64,000 bases of DNA, from the NCBI RefSeq assembly GCF_009914755.1, contig NC_060943.1. One strand, given 5' to 3'. Below are positions 13,418-30,237 of this stretch, in pieces. Source of the stretch: the human T2T-CHM13v2.0 reference genome, Homo sapiens. The number at the start of each line of letters is the position of its first letter. Position 1 is the stretch's first letter. Below the pieces are notes generated by a model. It was not told where the DNA came from. It ran no database searches and was given only the letters and a program-made list of their open reading frames with translations. The position numbers were made by a program, and so were the translations under genes.

Positions 13418-14103
13418 CCTACTATCCTACTAGGTCAAGGTCAGCAGCATGACCCCCATTCCTTCAACACTTCTGACCTTGGCATTTTTCTGTTTGCAAT
13501 CCTCTTCCCCAGGGGTCCGCATGGCCCCCTCCACACTGCCCTCAGGTCCTGCTCACATCAGGGCATCCTTAGATTTCTTTCCTGACACCTCCTTCAGATA
13601 CCCTGGGTCTTCCCTTTCTGACCTTTCCCTGCTCTGCTCCCTCCAGGGTTCTTCTCAACACCTGACCTTACATTCTAGATCTCTTTGCATGTCTGTCTTC
13701 CCCTCCATGACAGCGTGAGCTCCATGAGGACAGGGATTTTTGTGATCTTGGTTGCACCCCAGTGCCCAGAACAGGCTGCAGACTCCTGTAGATGTGAGAG
13801 TTCTCAGGGCCCTCCACGCCCTTGGTGTTTTTTTTTCCCCCCAATTGTTGAGGTTTCTTGCTGAGGACAGTGTTTCATGCCCTGTGTATATTTTTATGTG
13901 AAGTGTCATCTGATACAGTTATTATTATCATATTTCAAAATGTGGTGGCCCCTGATGATTAATCAGGAAAACAGAACACAAGATTTTCCTACCTCTTACC
14001 AATTCTGGTTCCTGTGACTTTCCTGTTTTGACCCCTGTCCCTCTCTGGTGTATTTCCCCCTATCCAGGCTCCAATAGAGCCTTCTTTCCTTTTTCTCTTT
14101 TTT

Positions 14104-14370
14104 CTCTTTTTTTTTTTTTGAGATGGAGTCTCATACTGTCTCCCAGGCTGGCGTGCGATGGCACTATCTCAGCTAGCTGCAACTTCTGCCTCCTGGGTTC
14201 ACGTGATTCTTCTGCCTCAGCCTCCCGAGTAGCTAGGATTAGAGGAGCACACCACAATATCTGGTTAAATTTTTGTATTTTTAGTAGAGACAGGGCTTCA
14301 CTGTGTTGGCCAGACTGATCTTGAACTCCTGATCTCATGATCCACCTGCCTCAGCCTCCCAAAGTGCTGG
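14104..14370 (-). mobile_element. AluS, 5'-trimmed
   Basis: Poly-T plus reverse Alu body. Confidence 0.85.
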
Positions 14371-14386
14371 CTTCTTTCATTTTTTA

Positions 14387-14820
<434 letters not shown>

Positions 14821-14838
14821 CAACACACACTTTGTGCA

Positions 14839-14840
<2 letters not shown>

Positions 14841-14888
<48 letters not shown>
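14841..14888. repeat. (CA)n microsatellite, about 24 units
   Basis: Uninterrupted CA run. Confidence 0.95.
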
Positions 14889-14891
<3 letters not shown>

Positions 14892-17599
14892 GGACACACA
14901 CAGACCTACACAGTCAGAAACATACCCTGCAGGTTGGGCAAGCAGAGTCCTGGGCCTCAGCCTCCTGCTGTCCCCATGGCTCTGGGTCGGGGTGCACATT
15001 CATGCCCTTTGGCCTCTTTCATCCCCATCTGGCTCTCCCCTTCAGTGCAGGAGGCTGGAGCTGCACCAGGTCCCTGTCACAGTGACACCCCATTGTGCTG
15101 TGGGTGAGCTGTGTGTTGCCTGGTGAGAGGGACCCTTCCTTTCTCTAATCGTGTCTAGCTTGGCTGCAGCTTCCAAGGATGGACACTCAGGACCTGGGTG
15201 TCCCAGAGGAAACTGTCCTTCCTGGAGGTGTGCAGGGTGAATCTCTCATGTCTCTTGGGAGGAGAGGCCTGTGCTGGTTGCTCAGTGGGGGCTGTGAGTC
15301 CCATAGTCAAAGGGACAGTTCTCGGTCACTCTGTGACTCCGTGGGGTCTGGCCACTGAGCTGGAGCTCAGGGTTTCTCATGTTCTTCCTGACCATCTTTG
15401 ATGTCCTCTCTTCTCTGCCCAGCTGATTGTCCTGTGGTCACCACACCTTCCCCGTGGTGGTGCAGGAGGAAGTGGGGAGTCACCCAGGAACCCCAAGGGA
15501 GATGGCTCGTTGAGACGCAAGAGGGTGTGCCTGGGACAGAGCAGGGGTTCAGAGCTGGAGAGATTCATCTTGACTTACTCCGTGGCCATGATGGGCTCAG
15601 CCCTCCATGTGCCGACATACCCAGGGGTCTGTCCTGAGGGTTTTGACCTGGCCAAGCTGCTGTGTGTAGAGGAGGAACAGGCAGTGGCCAGAGAGCCTGT
15701 CTGGAGGGACCTTGCTCACACCTGAGGGGGCGTGTGGGGGTGAGTTGTGTTCTGGGAGCAAAGAGCAATAACATCCCGCTTCTCCCTGCAAGCGCACAGG
15801 AGAGGTCTGCCTTCCCAAGGGACAGCTGGGGCAGGTGGCCACATCCCGGATGGTGCCTGTGTGTGACCATCACACGCACTCTGAGCACCCCGTGGTGCAG
15901 CGGGCAGGCAGGTCATAGGGTGCCTGGCTGATTCCCGGGGAGGCTGTGGGCCCTTAGGCAGCTGCTGTTCTGTGTCAGTGCTAGGCTTGGCCTGGGATGC
16001 CCCAGAGAACAGGATAGATGGGGCAGGGGCGGGCATTTAGGGAGCAGTGACAGAAAGAGTTGATGAGGATGGAGGGAGGCCACGAGGGGAAAGCGCCTAG
16101 TGTGGCGTCGCGTGCACCAGCGCTGCCCTGGGAGATGCCTTTAGCTGGGCCCAGGGAAGGAGCAGGTGTGTGGGGAGGAGCTCCCTGCAGAGGGAGTGGT
16201 GTTAGGTTGGCGGCCACCAGGTCAGGGTGGAGCTGGCAGAGTCCGTGTGGGGAGCATGGAGGGCGCTGAGGACTTGGGCCGAAGTGACCCTGGTGAGGGT
16301 GGACCCTGCTGGGCTGTGGGTTCCGCTGAGTGAGGTTGGCATCCCCTGGGAAGGCTCCAGGCTGGGAGGGACTCTGTCCCCCTCTGGTGGACAGGGAGGG
16401 AAGTGTGAACGGCAGCAATCCCAGGCCAGGCTGCATGTTTTATTCCACATGGATCTGCACACTTCACACGAGGTCACACATATGTTATGTTACAGCTCCT
16501 TCACCTTCCAGCCCCGTGAGTCCCAGTCTGTGTGGCTCTATGTTCACTGTTCTCCCTCTTTCACAATCAGATGTCCCAAACGCAGATTTTTGTCACCTTC
16601 TGTGAGTTTGTGTTTGTGTGCAGTAGGCGGCACTGTGTATACCCTGGGGGCAGTGATGTCTGGGGCTGAGCACTGCAATTGGGCTTGGAAGCAGAAGAGG
16701 GAGCAGCAGGGTGGGAAGATCAATGTCAGGGGGCAGGGACAAGTCATTTTCATTTTCTTACTCCCAGGGACCAGAACCCTGGATTCTGACTCCAGGGCAC
16801 AGTACCACACCCTGCTGGTGTCCCTGGATGTCATGATGCTCATAGTGTCATGTTGTCTTGGCATTCATTTTTATAAGGTGTAAGTTTATTTGCCTCAAAT
16901 CAGAGGCAGGGCTTGGTCACCATGGCAGTTTTCAATACTGTGTCTGGTTCAAGTGGCTCCAGTTGGTGTCCAGAGATAAAATCTTAGAGGCATCTCTGCT
17001 GCTTGGTGTGCTGGGTTTCCCTCTCTCCAGCTGCTTTCTTTAAACTGATAATTCTGACATTTGCCCTCACATTTAAAGTGACCACCTCTCAGTCACAGCG
17101 TGAGCTCCTGGTCCCAGTGTTTGCTGCTTGCTTTGAACACATCCATTAAAGCTCCCTGCTGGAAACCTGTCAGATAACACCCTGGACTTAATAAAGCCAT
17201 TGGCTCACCGGTCTCTTCTCTCCTCCCTGTCTGGGCTCACTGACCTCTGTGTCTGTGGTCTCCAGGTTTGCCGAGTGCTTCCTAGTGTCTGTAAGTAGTA
17301 AAAATACTTACATTTTCACGTTGTGGTTGTATCATTGTAGCCTCACATGCCATCCAGGGCCTGACATTGAGGCTGCCTTATGGGACCTGTGCTGGTTGAG
17401 CCCCTGCTGGAGCTCTTGTTTTGGGGCGTCTGGTTCTCCTGGGGACAGGAGCTTCCAGCTAACTTGATTGAAAATCTGATGCCTTTCATTGAAACACTGG
17501 GTCAGATGATGTATTCATGGGCTTCGGCTGCCATAACAAACACCTTAGCCTGGGTGAATTAAATAATAGAAATCTATTTTTCACAGTTCTGTGAATAAT

Positions 17600-17995
17600 G
17601 TGCTATTGTAACCACTTTAAAATGCTGAATCAAATGAAATTAACCACATACACAGTGTTAAATTACCATCACCACTATTTTTCCTAGAAAATTTTTATCA
17701 TTTTAAACTGAAACTTTGTATCTTTTAAACAATAACTCCCTGTATGTTCCACCCTAGACCTTGATCTTCTCTACTCTGTCTCTATGAATTTGCCTGTTCT
17801 TGATGTTTCATATAAATGGAATTATACAATTATGTTATTTTGTTTCTGACATATTTCACTTAGCATAATGTTTCCAAAGTCCATGCATGTTCCAGCGGGT
17901 GTCAGAGCTTCATTCCTCTGTATGGCAGATTAACATTCTGTTGTATGTGTCACCATATTTATTTATTTATGTGTTGATGAGCACTTGAATTATTT
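17600..17995 (-). mobile_element. Old L1M 3' segment, host of the young L1; resumes at 24062
   Basis: Degenerate L1 3'UTR-like sequence (TTCACTTAGCATAATG...). Confidence 0.6.
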
Positions 17996-18249
17996 TCATT
18001 TTTTTCTTTTTTCTTTTTCTGTTTAATAGTGTTTTTTTATCATTATTATTCTTATACTTTAAGTTTTAGAGTACATGTGCACAATGTGCAGGTTAGTTAC
18101 ATATGTATACATGTGCCATGCTGGTGCGCTGCACCCACTAACTCATCATCTAGCATTAGGTATATCTCTCAATGCTACCCCTCCCCCCTGCCCCCACCCC
18201 ACAACTGTCCCCAGAGTGTGATGTTCCCCTTCCTGTGTCCATGTGTTCT

Positions 18250-22067
<3,818 letters not shown>

Positions 22068-22130
22068 TATGATGTTAGCTGGTTCTTTTGCTTGTTAGTT
22101 GATGCAGTTTCTTCCTAGTCTCGATGGTCC

Positions 22131-23147
22131 TTACATTTTGGCATGATTTTGCAGTGTCTGGTACCAGTTGTTCCTTTCCATGTTTAGTGCTTCCTTCAGG
22201 AGGTCTTTTAGGGCAGGCCTGGTGGTGACAAAATCTCTCAGCATTTGCTTGTCTGTGAAGTATTTTATTTCTCCTTCACTTATGAAGCTTAGTTTGGCTG
22301 GATATGAAATTCTGGGTTGAAAATTCTTTTCTTTAAGAATGTTGAATATTGGCCCCCACTCTCTTCTGGCTTGTAGAGTTTCTGCCAAGAGATCAGCTGT
22401 TAGTCTGATGGGCTTCCCTTTGAGGGTAACCCGACCTTTCTCTCTGGCTGCCCTTAACATTTTTTCCTTCATTTCAACTTTGGTGAATCTGACAATTATG
22501 TGTCTTGGAGTTGCTCTTCTCGAGGAGTATCTTTGTGGCGTTCTCTGTATTTCCTGAATCTGAACTTTGGCCTGCCTTGCTAGATTGGGGAAGTTCTCCT
22601 GGATAATATCCTGCAGAGTGTTTTCCAACTTGGTTCCATTCTCCCCGTCACTTTCATGTACACCAATCAGATGTAGATTTGGTCTTTTCACATAGTCTCA
22701 TATTTCTTGGAGGCTTTGTTCATTTCTTTTTATTCTTTTTTCTCTAAACTTCCATTCTCGCTTCATTTCATTCATTTCATCTTCCATCACTGATACTCTT
22801 TCTTCCAGTTGATCGCATCGGCTCCTGAGGCTTCTGCATTCTTCACGTAGTTCTCGAGCCTTGGTTTTCAGTTCCATTAGCTCCTTTAAGCACTTCTCTG
22901 TATTGGTTATTCTAATTATACATTCTTCTAAATTTTTTTCAAAGTTTTCAACTTCTTTGCCTTTGGTTTGAATGTCCTCCCATAGCTTGGAGTAATTTGA
23001 TTGTCTGAAGCCTTCTTCTCTCAGCTCGTCAAAGTCGTTCTCCGTCCAGCTTTGTTCCGTTTCTGGTGAGGAACTGCGTTCCTTTGGAGGAGGAGAGGCA
23101 CTCTGCTTTTTAGAGTTTGCATTTTTTCTGCTGTGTTTTTTCCCCAT
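22131..23147 (-). pseudogene. L1 ORF1p with internal nonsense codon at 22700-22698
   Basis: ORFs 22698..23147 and 22131..22691 are consecutive in-frame parts of ORF1p. Confidence 0.92.
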
Positions 23148-23602
23148 CTTTGTGGTTTTATCTACTTTTGGTCTTTGATGATGGTGATGTACAGATGGGT
23201 TTTTGGTTTGGATGTCCTTTCTGTTTGTTAGTTTTCCTTCTAACAGACAGGACCCTCAGCTGCAGGTCTGTTGGAGTACCCGGCCGTGTGAAGTGTCAGT
23301 CTTCCCCTGCTGGGGTGTGCCTCCCAATTAGGCTGCTCGGGGGTCAGGGGTCAGGGACCCACTTGAGGAGGCAGTCTGGCAGTTCTCAGATCTCCAGCTG
23401 TGTGCTGGGAGAACCACTGCTCTCTTCAAAGCTGTCAGACAGAGACATTTAAGTCTGCAGAGGTTACTGCTGTCTTTTTGTTTGTCTGTGCCCTACCCCC
23501 AGAGGTGGAGCCTACAGAGGCAGGCAGGCCTCCTTGTGCTGTGGTGGGCTCCACCCAGTTCGAGCTTCCCAGCTGCTTTGTTTACCTAAGTAAGCCTGGG
23601 CA

Positions 23603-23782
23603 ATGGCGGGCGCCCCTCCCCCAGCTGTGCTGGTGCCTTGCAGTTTGATCTCAGACTGCTGTGCTGGCAATCAGCCAGACTCCGTGGGCGTAGGACCCTC
23701 TGAGAGAGGTGCGGGATATAATCTGGTGTGTCGTTTTTTAAGCCCATTGGAAAAGCGCAGTGTTCAGGTGGGAGTGACCTGA
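23603..23782 (+). CDS. L1 antisense ORF0, truncated to 59 aa
   Basis: MAGAPPPAVLVPCSLISDCC...VQVGVT* translated by hand; matches primate L1 ORF0 N-terminus. Confidence 0.6.
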   Translation: MAGAPPPAVLVPCSLISDCCAGNQPDSVGVGPSERGAGYNLVCRFLSPLEKRSVQVGVT

Positions 23783-24061
23783 TTTTCCACGTGCCATCTG
23801 TCACCCCTTTCTTTGACTAGGAAAGGGAACTCCCTGACCCCTTGCACTTCCCGAGTGAGGCAATGCCTCGCCCTGCTTCGGTTTGCGCACGTTGCGCCCA
23901 CCCACTGACCTGCGCCCACTGTCTGGCACTCCCTAGTGAGATGAACCCGGTTCCTCAGATGGAAATGCAGAAATCACCCGTCTTCTGCATCACTCACGCT
24001 GGGAGCTGTAGACTGGAGCTGTTCCTGTTCGGCCATCTTGGCTCCTACTCCTTATTTTCGT

Positions 24062-25140
24062 ATTTTATCTTTTGTGAATAATGCTGCAATCAACATTTCC
24101 ATGTAAGTACCTGTTTGAGTCCCTGGATTAAATTCTTTGGGCCTATACCCAGGAATGGATGTTGTTTCAAATGAGAATTCTGTGATTAGCTTTTTGAGGA
24201 ACAGCAAAACTGTTTCTCCTAGTGGCTGTACCTTTTTATATTCTCACCAGCAATGTATGAGGATTCCAAATTCTACATAATGCTGCTACTTGTTATTTAA
24301 CATTTTAAAAGAATTGTAGCCAGTTTTGTAGGTGTGGTGTGGTGTCCCATTGCAGCTTTGACTTTGTATTTTCCTAATGACTAATGATGTTGAGTATCTT
24401 TTCATGTCCTTCTTGACTATTTCTATACCTTCTTTGAAGAAATGTCTATTTGAGTCTTTTGCCCATTTATAAACTGGATGGTTTGTCCTTTTGTTATTGA
24501 GTTGTAGCTAGTTCTTGATATTATTTGGACATGAAAACTGCGTATATGTGGTTTGCAAATATTTTCTCTCATTCTATGTCTATTAATTATTGTCTTAATA
24601 ATTTCCTTTGATGCACAAAATGCTCACATCTTGATAAAGCCCTATTTATCTTGTTTTTCTTGTTTCTCATGCTTTTGTATCATATCTAAGAATCCATTGC
24701 ACATTTGAGGTCATCAATATTTACCTCTATGTCTATTTTGAGATGTTTTTATTGTTATAGGTCTTATATTTAACTCACTGATGAATTTTTTAGAGAATGG
24801 TTTGATATGGTGGGAGGTAGAGTTATCTAAATTCACTGTTTTGCATGTGGTTATCTAGTTGTTTCTGCACTATCATTGGAAAGGAGAATTGTTCCTCCAT
24901 TAAATTGTCTTGACACCCTCTTCAAAGAGTAATTCACCATAAGTGTGAGGGTTTATTTCTAGACTCTCAATTCTATCCCATTTGTCTTTATGTCTATTCT
25001 TTTGCCAGCAGCTTACGTCTATTCTTTGGCAGCAGCTTCTGTTTTAATAAGTGTACTCCTTTGTGAGATTTCAAATAAGAAAGTTCAAGTCCTACAATTT
25101 ATTTTGGCAAGATTGTTTTGGCTATTCAGGGGTCCTTTTG
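24062..25140 (-). mobile_element. Old L1M fragment (continuation of 17600-17995)
   Basis: Degenerate L1 ORF2-end/3'UTR sequence. Confidence 0.6.
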
Positions 25141-25319
25141 TGAAAGGTGGGGAGGCCAATGTTTCACAATTGGGAAAGCCTTTTCTGTCTTCTTCATGGG
25201 GAAGTTTGGGAGAATCTTTTAAGAAACTTAATCTAAGCAGGTAAACTGTCACCATTTTATTTGCTGAAGTGCTATGTTAAAGTGTGCATTGCCTCTTGTG
25301 GAAGAATTGTGAGACCCTG

Positions 25320-28300
25320 GAAGCTCTTGCTCACATGGTGAGAGATAGTGAATTCCATGATGAGGGGCAGAGAGGACAGTGTTTTGGGATACAATGTTGT
25401 TGGGGGAGTTGTATACATCTCAACTTCTTTATGTCTCTGTACAGTGGGTGTAGGGACCAGCCACACAGGGTCGGTGGGTTTTTCTCCCCGTGTGCAGAGA
25501 TGAGAGATTGTAGAAATAAAGACACAAGACAAAGAGACAAAAGAAAAGACAAATGGGCCTGGGGGACCACTACCACCAAGATGCGGAGACCGGTAGTGGC
25601 CCCGAATGCTAGGCTGCACTGATATTTATTGGATACAAGACAAAGTGTCAGGATAAGGAGTGTGAGCCATCTCCAATGATAGGTAAGGCCACATGTGTCA
25701 CATGTCCACTGGACAGGGGACCCTTCCCTGCCTGGCAGGCAAGGCAGAGAGAGAGAGGAGAAAGAGAGAGAGCTTACAGCATTATTTCTGCTTATTAGAG
25801 ACTTTTAGTACTTTCACTAATTTGCTATTGCTAAGTAAAGGGCAGAGCCTGGTGTACAGGATGGAACATGAAGGGGGAGTAGGAGCGTGTCCACTGAAGC
25901 ACAACATCACAGGGAGGCAGTCAGGCCTTTGGATAACTGTGGGTGGACCTGACTAATGTCAGGCCCTCCACAAGAAGTGGAGGAGTAGAGTCTTCTCTAA
26001 ACTCCCCCGGGGAAAGGGCGACTCCCTTTCCTGGTCTGCTAAGTAGTGGGTGTTTTTCCTTGACACCGAGGCTACCACTAGACCACGGTCCGCTTGGCAA
26101 TGGGCATCTTCCCAGACGCTGGCATTACCGCTAGACGAAGGAGCCCTCTAGTGGCCCTGTCTGGGCATAACAGAAGGCTTGCACTCTTGTCTTCTGGTCA
26201 CTTCTGACTATGTCTCCCCAGCTCCTATCTCTGTATCGTCTGGCTTTTCCTAGGGTATGATTATAGACCAAGGATTTTTATAATATTGGAATAAAGAGTA
26301 ATTGCTACCAACTAATGATTAATGATATTCACATATAATCATATCTAAGATCTATATCTGGTATAACTATTCTTCTTTTATATTTTATTATACTGGAATG
26401 GCTCGTGCCCTCAGTCTTTTGCCTCAGCACCTGGGTGGCTTGCCGCCCACAAGTGGGCATCTCCATTGGACACAGTAGGTTTTGAAATCCTTGTTTATCC
26501 TCTGGGGTCTAGGTCTTGGCTTGCCTGTTAGCTGCAGCTGAAAGAGGTGTCTGCTAAGGCAATGACACCTGTGGGGAGAAGAAAGGTTCAGCAGAGTGAA
26601 AGTAGCTGAGGCTCAGAGAGGCCAGGAAAGTCTGACTCTTAGAAACCGTGGGTCAGCAGATGGGTGTCCTCACGGGTACATGGGCGATGCCGGTAGCCAC
26701 TGCAGTGGACTGGAAGAAGGTAAGTGATGCTGGGTATCCCATGTTCTCTCTCAGCTCTGCAGCTGAAGATTTGGGCCTTGGGCTGGTACGGCCCTGCAGC
26801 AGGGGAAGGGTACACAGGAATGGCTGCATATCGGGACGAAGTCCATGTCATCTTCTTAGGCATTGTTACTGCAGATGGAGGATTCTGTTCAGAGACCTGG
26901 CCTGGACACATGGGAGGGCCCACCCCATTCTTTTAAAATTATTTTAAGAGAACAGTATTAGCAAATGTGGTACATGTCTTATTCTGCTAGAATCAGTCTT
27001 ATTGTCACGTTTTACAAAGTATCTTTTAGGAAATGGTGAGAGCCATCCACACTATGTGGATTTAAAGGGGACTCTAGTATAATTTCAGCTTTCCTACTCT
27101 TTATAGAAACCATCTTCTCTGCAAACACACAGGCAATATCTCTGTGTTCATTTCTATTGGGAGCCCTGTATGCAAGGTGGAGAGTGCCACATTTCCCTCT
27201 GAGATGTTATGTAAAAGTTTGAGGTGGAGATGACATATCTGACACTCTGTTGTTACACTCAGAAGCTACTACATGTGAAATTCTAATGACTGCATTATCC
27301 TGCCAAATAAAAGGCAGGCATGAGCAAGGACAGTAAAGAGGGGTGAGAGCCTCATCATGATGGGGAGTCTTGTTCTGACATCTTGGGAAAAACTGTCCAC
27401 AGTGTGAAGTCATCAACTTCTTGTCCTGGTTTACAATTTGAGTGGCTGTTGTTATGGTGTCAAACATTTTAGTGAGTTCTGAGTGGCTCACGCTTCAGGT
27501 ACAAGGGTTTTCCCATGAAATTTACATTGAGTTGTCCACCTCCAGCTTATAGGGCTTCTGGAACAGAATGGGTCTTGCTCTTAGTGATTCCATGGGAGAA
27601 AATGGAATTGGAGGAACTAGTAGAATTCAGGGTAATGTTCAGTTTACAGGTGGATAATAAAAACACAGAAACAATGAACAGAGCTGCAATCTCATAACCG
27701 GTGTACTACAGTTTTTATTTTCCACGTAATTTTTGTCTCTACGGGCATCTCTAGTTTTACCAATGATAATTTCAGTAGAATAAGTTTGTTTGCAAAATAG
27801 GTTGAGTTTCTTCAAACGTGGTCTGATTCTTTACATAAGTGCAGCAAGAGTAGCAATGGACCATGTAGGGTCTCTTTTAAAATTTTCTTTCCTCTAAGTT
27901 TTTATAAGGAATCTGAGATTAAACTTTTACAAACCTCTTGAGAATAGGAAGCCAAACCAAGGCTGACTTCAGACTTTGCCTGCAGTTCATATTGGTTCAT
28001 TCTATGTATATTCTTAAATATAACATCCCAGTCAAAGCCTTGGTAATATAACCAATGATTTGAAATGTGTCCTGTTACAAAGAGAGCAGATTGTTACTGT
28101 ACTTGTGCAAATATGTGTATTACCATAAACATATCAATTCTCATGAATAGTTGCCCAATTCTGGGGCAGTCAGGTAGAGAGCAAAAGTAAATATTTCAAT
28201 AATTGTTCCCAGAAGTATAGTTTATTGAACTGCTATAAGCTATAGATAGATTAAAAGAAAAAAATTCCATAAATGTAGAATACAAACCATTTAAAGAATC

Positions 28301-28445
28301 AGCAAATTTTCAAATAAAAATCATAAAAACATTATCCTCATTATTATCAATATTTCAATGAAGTCAATGTTTTTCCTGCTTGGTAGGCTGAGAGTTTTAT
28401 GAAGATATCAGCCTGTTAGTTAAAGTTTTTGGAAGTTCTTAGACA
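25320..28445 (+). repeat. Segmental duplicate of window 1-3144 (PSG8 3' end and flank)
   Basis: Collinear, roughly 90-95% identical by eye, same LTR13 insertion; paired ORFs in the track (112 vs 25284, 1338 vs 26648, 2207 vs 27515). Confidence 0.93.
25449..26451 (-). mobile_element. LTR13-family solo LTR, duplicate of 130-1141
   Basis: Same TSD AGTGGG (25443-25448 and 26452-26457) and same flanks. Confidence 0.85.
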
Positions 28446-30109
28446 GTCCTGTGGGATAATGTGAAAGTTATCGGAAACTTGTATTAAAGAGTACTTGTCA
28501 GCATCTTTTCTACAAATCTCCTTGAAAAGGAAGCAATTTTGGACTGTAGCTGATTGGAAATGCTTTGAAGAAGAATAAAAACAATGTCTGTTAGTGGGAA
28601 AGATTTTAAATGACTATGGTTAAAACTCTGATGAGAATTCATTGATAACACAGCTCACATAAAAAGTTAGTTACTTCTGTAGTATATGACATTGTGGCTG
28701 ATAACATACTTAATTTCTAGGAATCTCATACAATTTCTGGAACAATCATATCAGTAACATATCCATAAATATAACATAGAGAAGGTTTAGCATCCTTTAC
28801 CATTTATGATTTGAAAATGCTTTTCATATAATTTTACATATCAAATAAAGTGGCTTTTCCATGTAGCTTGTGTTTCTCAACAGGATTACTGAGTTCTTGG
28901 TGGAGGCTGTTAATGAATTGGGCCAAGAAAGTATAGGCTTATGTATGCTGAAAAATTTCCCTAGATAATTCCAATACTCCCAGCTAATAATCATGAATTT
29001 AGGTCTAAATTTTACCTATTAGAACAGCTGTTATTTATCCTGGTTACACATTAGTAGCATCTGGGAAGACTTAAAAATTACCAATGCCTGAGTCTCACTT
29101 TAGACCATTAAATTGGATCCTATGGGTGGGGCTTGGGCATCCATTTAAAAAAATGTTTTCTGGTGATTCCAATGTGTAGCTGTATTTCCCCTCAGATTTC
29201 TCTGATTTCTTTTGGCATTCACTTTTTTCTATTTTGGTATTATAATTATTTTTTGGGTCTTATCATCTATCTTAGGCTTTATGTTCCTTGGGGTAGAAAC
29301 CTTGCCTTCTTCATTTTTGTATCTTTCACGAACATATGAGTTGGTCATCAGGAAAATGTTCTCAATCACAAGTAGGTTGTGTTCTGAGTCTCAGGTTTAC
29401 ACATTAATGCTTGAGTCATTGTTCTCTGGGAGGTGAGAGGTTGCTTGTGATGAAGGGTATGGGTAAGCCCATACTGCAGATGGTAGATGGGAGATCACCC
29501 TGTTTTCAGCCATAGCATTGGAACTAAGCATTCTATGTGTATATCAGGTGGAGGGGAAGGGATGTGTAGAAAGACAGATTTAATTAGAATGGAGGAATTA
29601 TACTAGGGAATAGAAGTATTTAAAGCAACAAAAATTAGTAAAGAGAAGAAATGTGAACTTATCAAATAGGCAAGAGTAGATCCCTGAAGATTTTTGAATA
29701 GGTGAGTTAACTAGAATTTAGGAAGCTAATAAGACAGTCATACACAAGGAAGATTTCAAAGACTGGAGATAAGTCAAGCAGTACCTCTAGCAGTTGTTGA
29801 GGTTGTGGGAATGGAGAGAATGACAAAAGTGAGAAATGTTATAAAAAAGGATCAAGAGGGTTTTATAAGGTATTGAATCTGGGAAACAAATGAGCAGAGA
29901 CTGAGGATAATCACTTGTAGGAGACAGTGGGGTACAGGGAGCATGAAGAACAGGGGAGAAGAGACCTGCAGGAATAAATGCTGAGAAGCAGGAGTTTAGT
30001 GGGAGGAGGAGGAGATCCAGTCCCAAATACCGGCAAAGAAGTCCTTTCCCTCTCCCAAGCAAGGCAGTCAGCCCTGCAGGAAACAGGACAAAAGGAAAAG
30101 CCATCATAC

Positions 30110-30237
30110 CTGCCAGTCTTCCTGAAATAAACTACAACAGGGCTGCTAGATCAGCGCCACACTGGCCAGTACTTCAATCATGATGCTGCCAGTGGCTCTA
30201 CCTGAAAGGCCAGGAGAACTTCCTTTCACTGAAGTAT
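30110..30237 (-). pseudogene. CEACAM5/6/8-type M exon (GPI-anchor signal)
   Basis: DTSVKGSSPGLSGRATGSIMIEVLASVALI* (stop 30148-30146), similar to the CEACAM8 tail; AG/GT intact. Confidence 0.85.

Noticed and set aside
15500-16883. Dense overlapping ORFs up to 218 aa upstream of PSG8
   Set aside because: GC-rich, stop-poor sequence with no domain or exon structure I can support
16890-17380. Possible old LTR upstream of PSG8
   Set aside because: AATAAA and LTR-like composition seen, but termini and family could not be fixed
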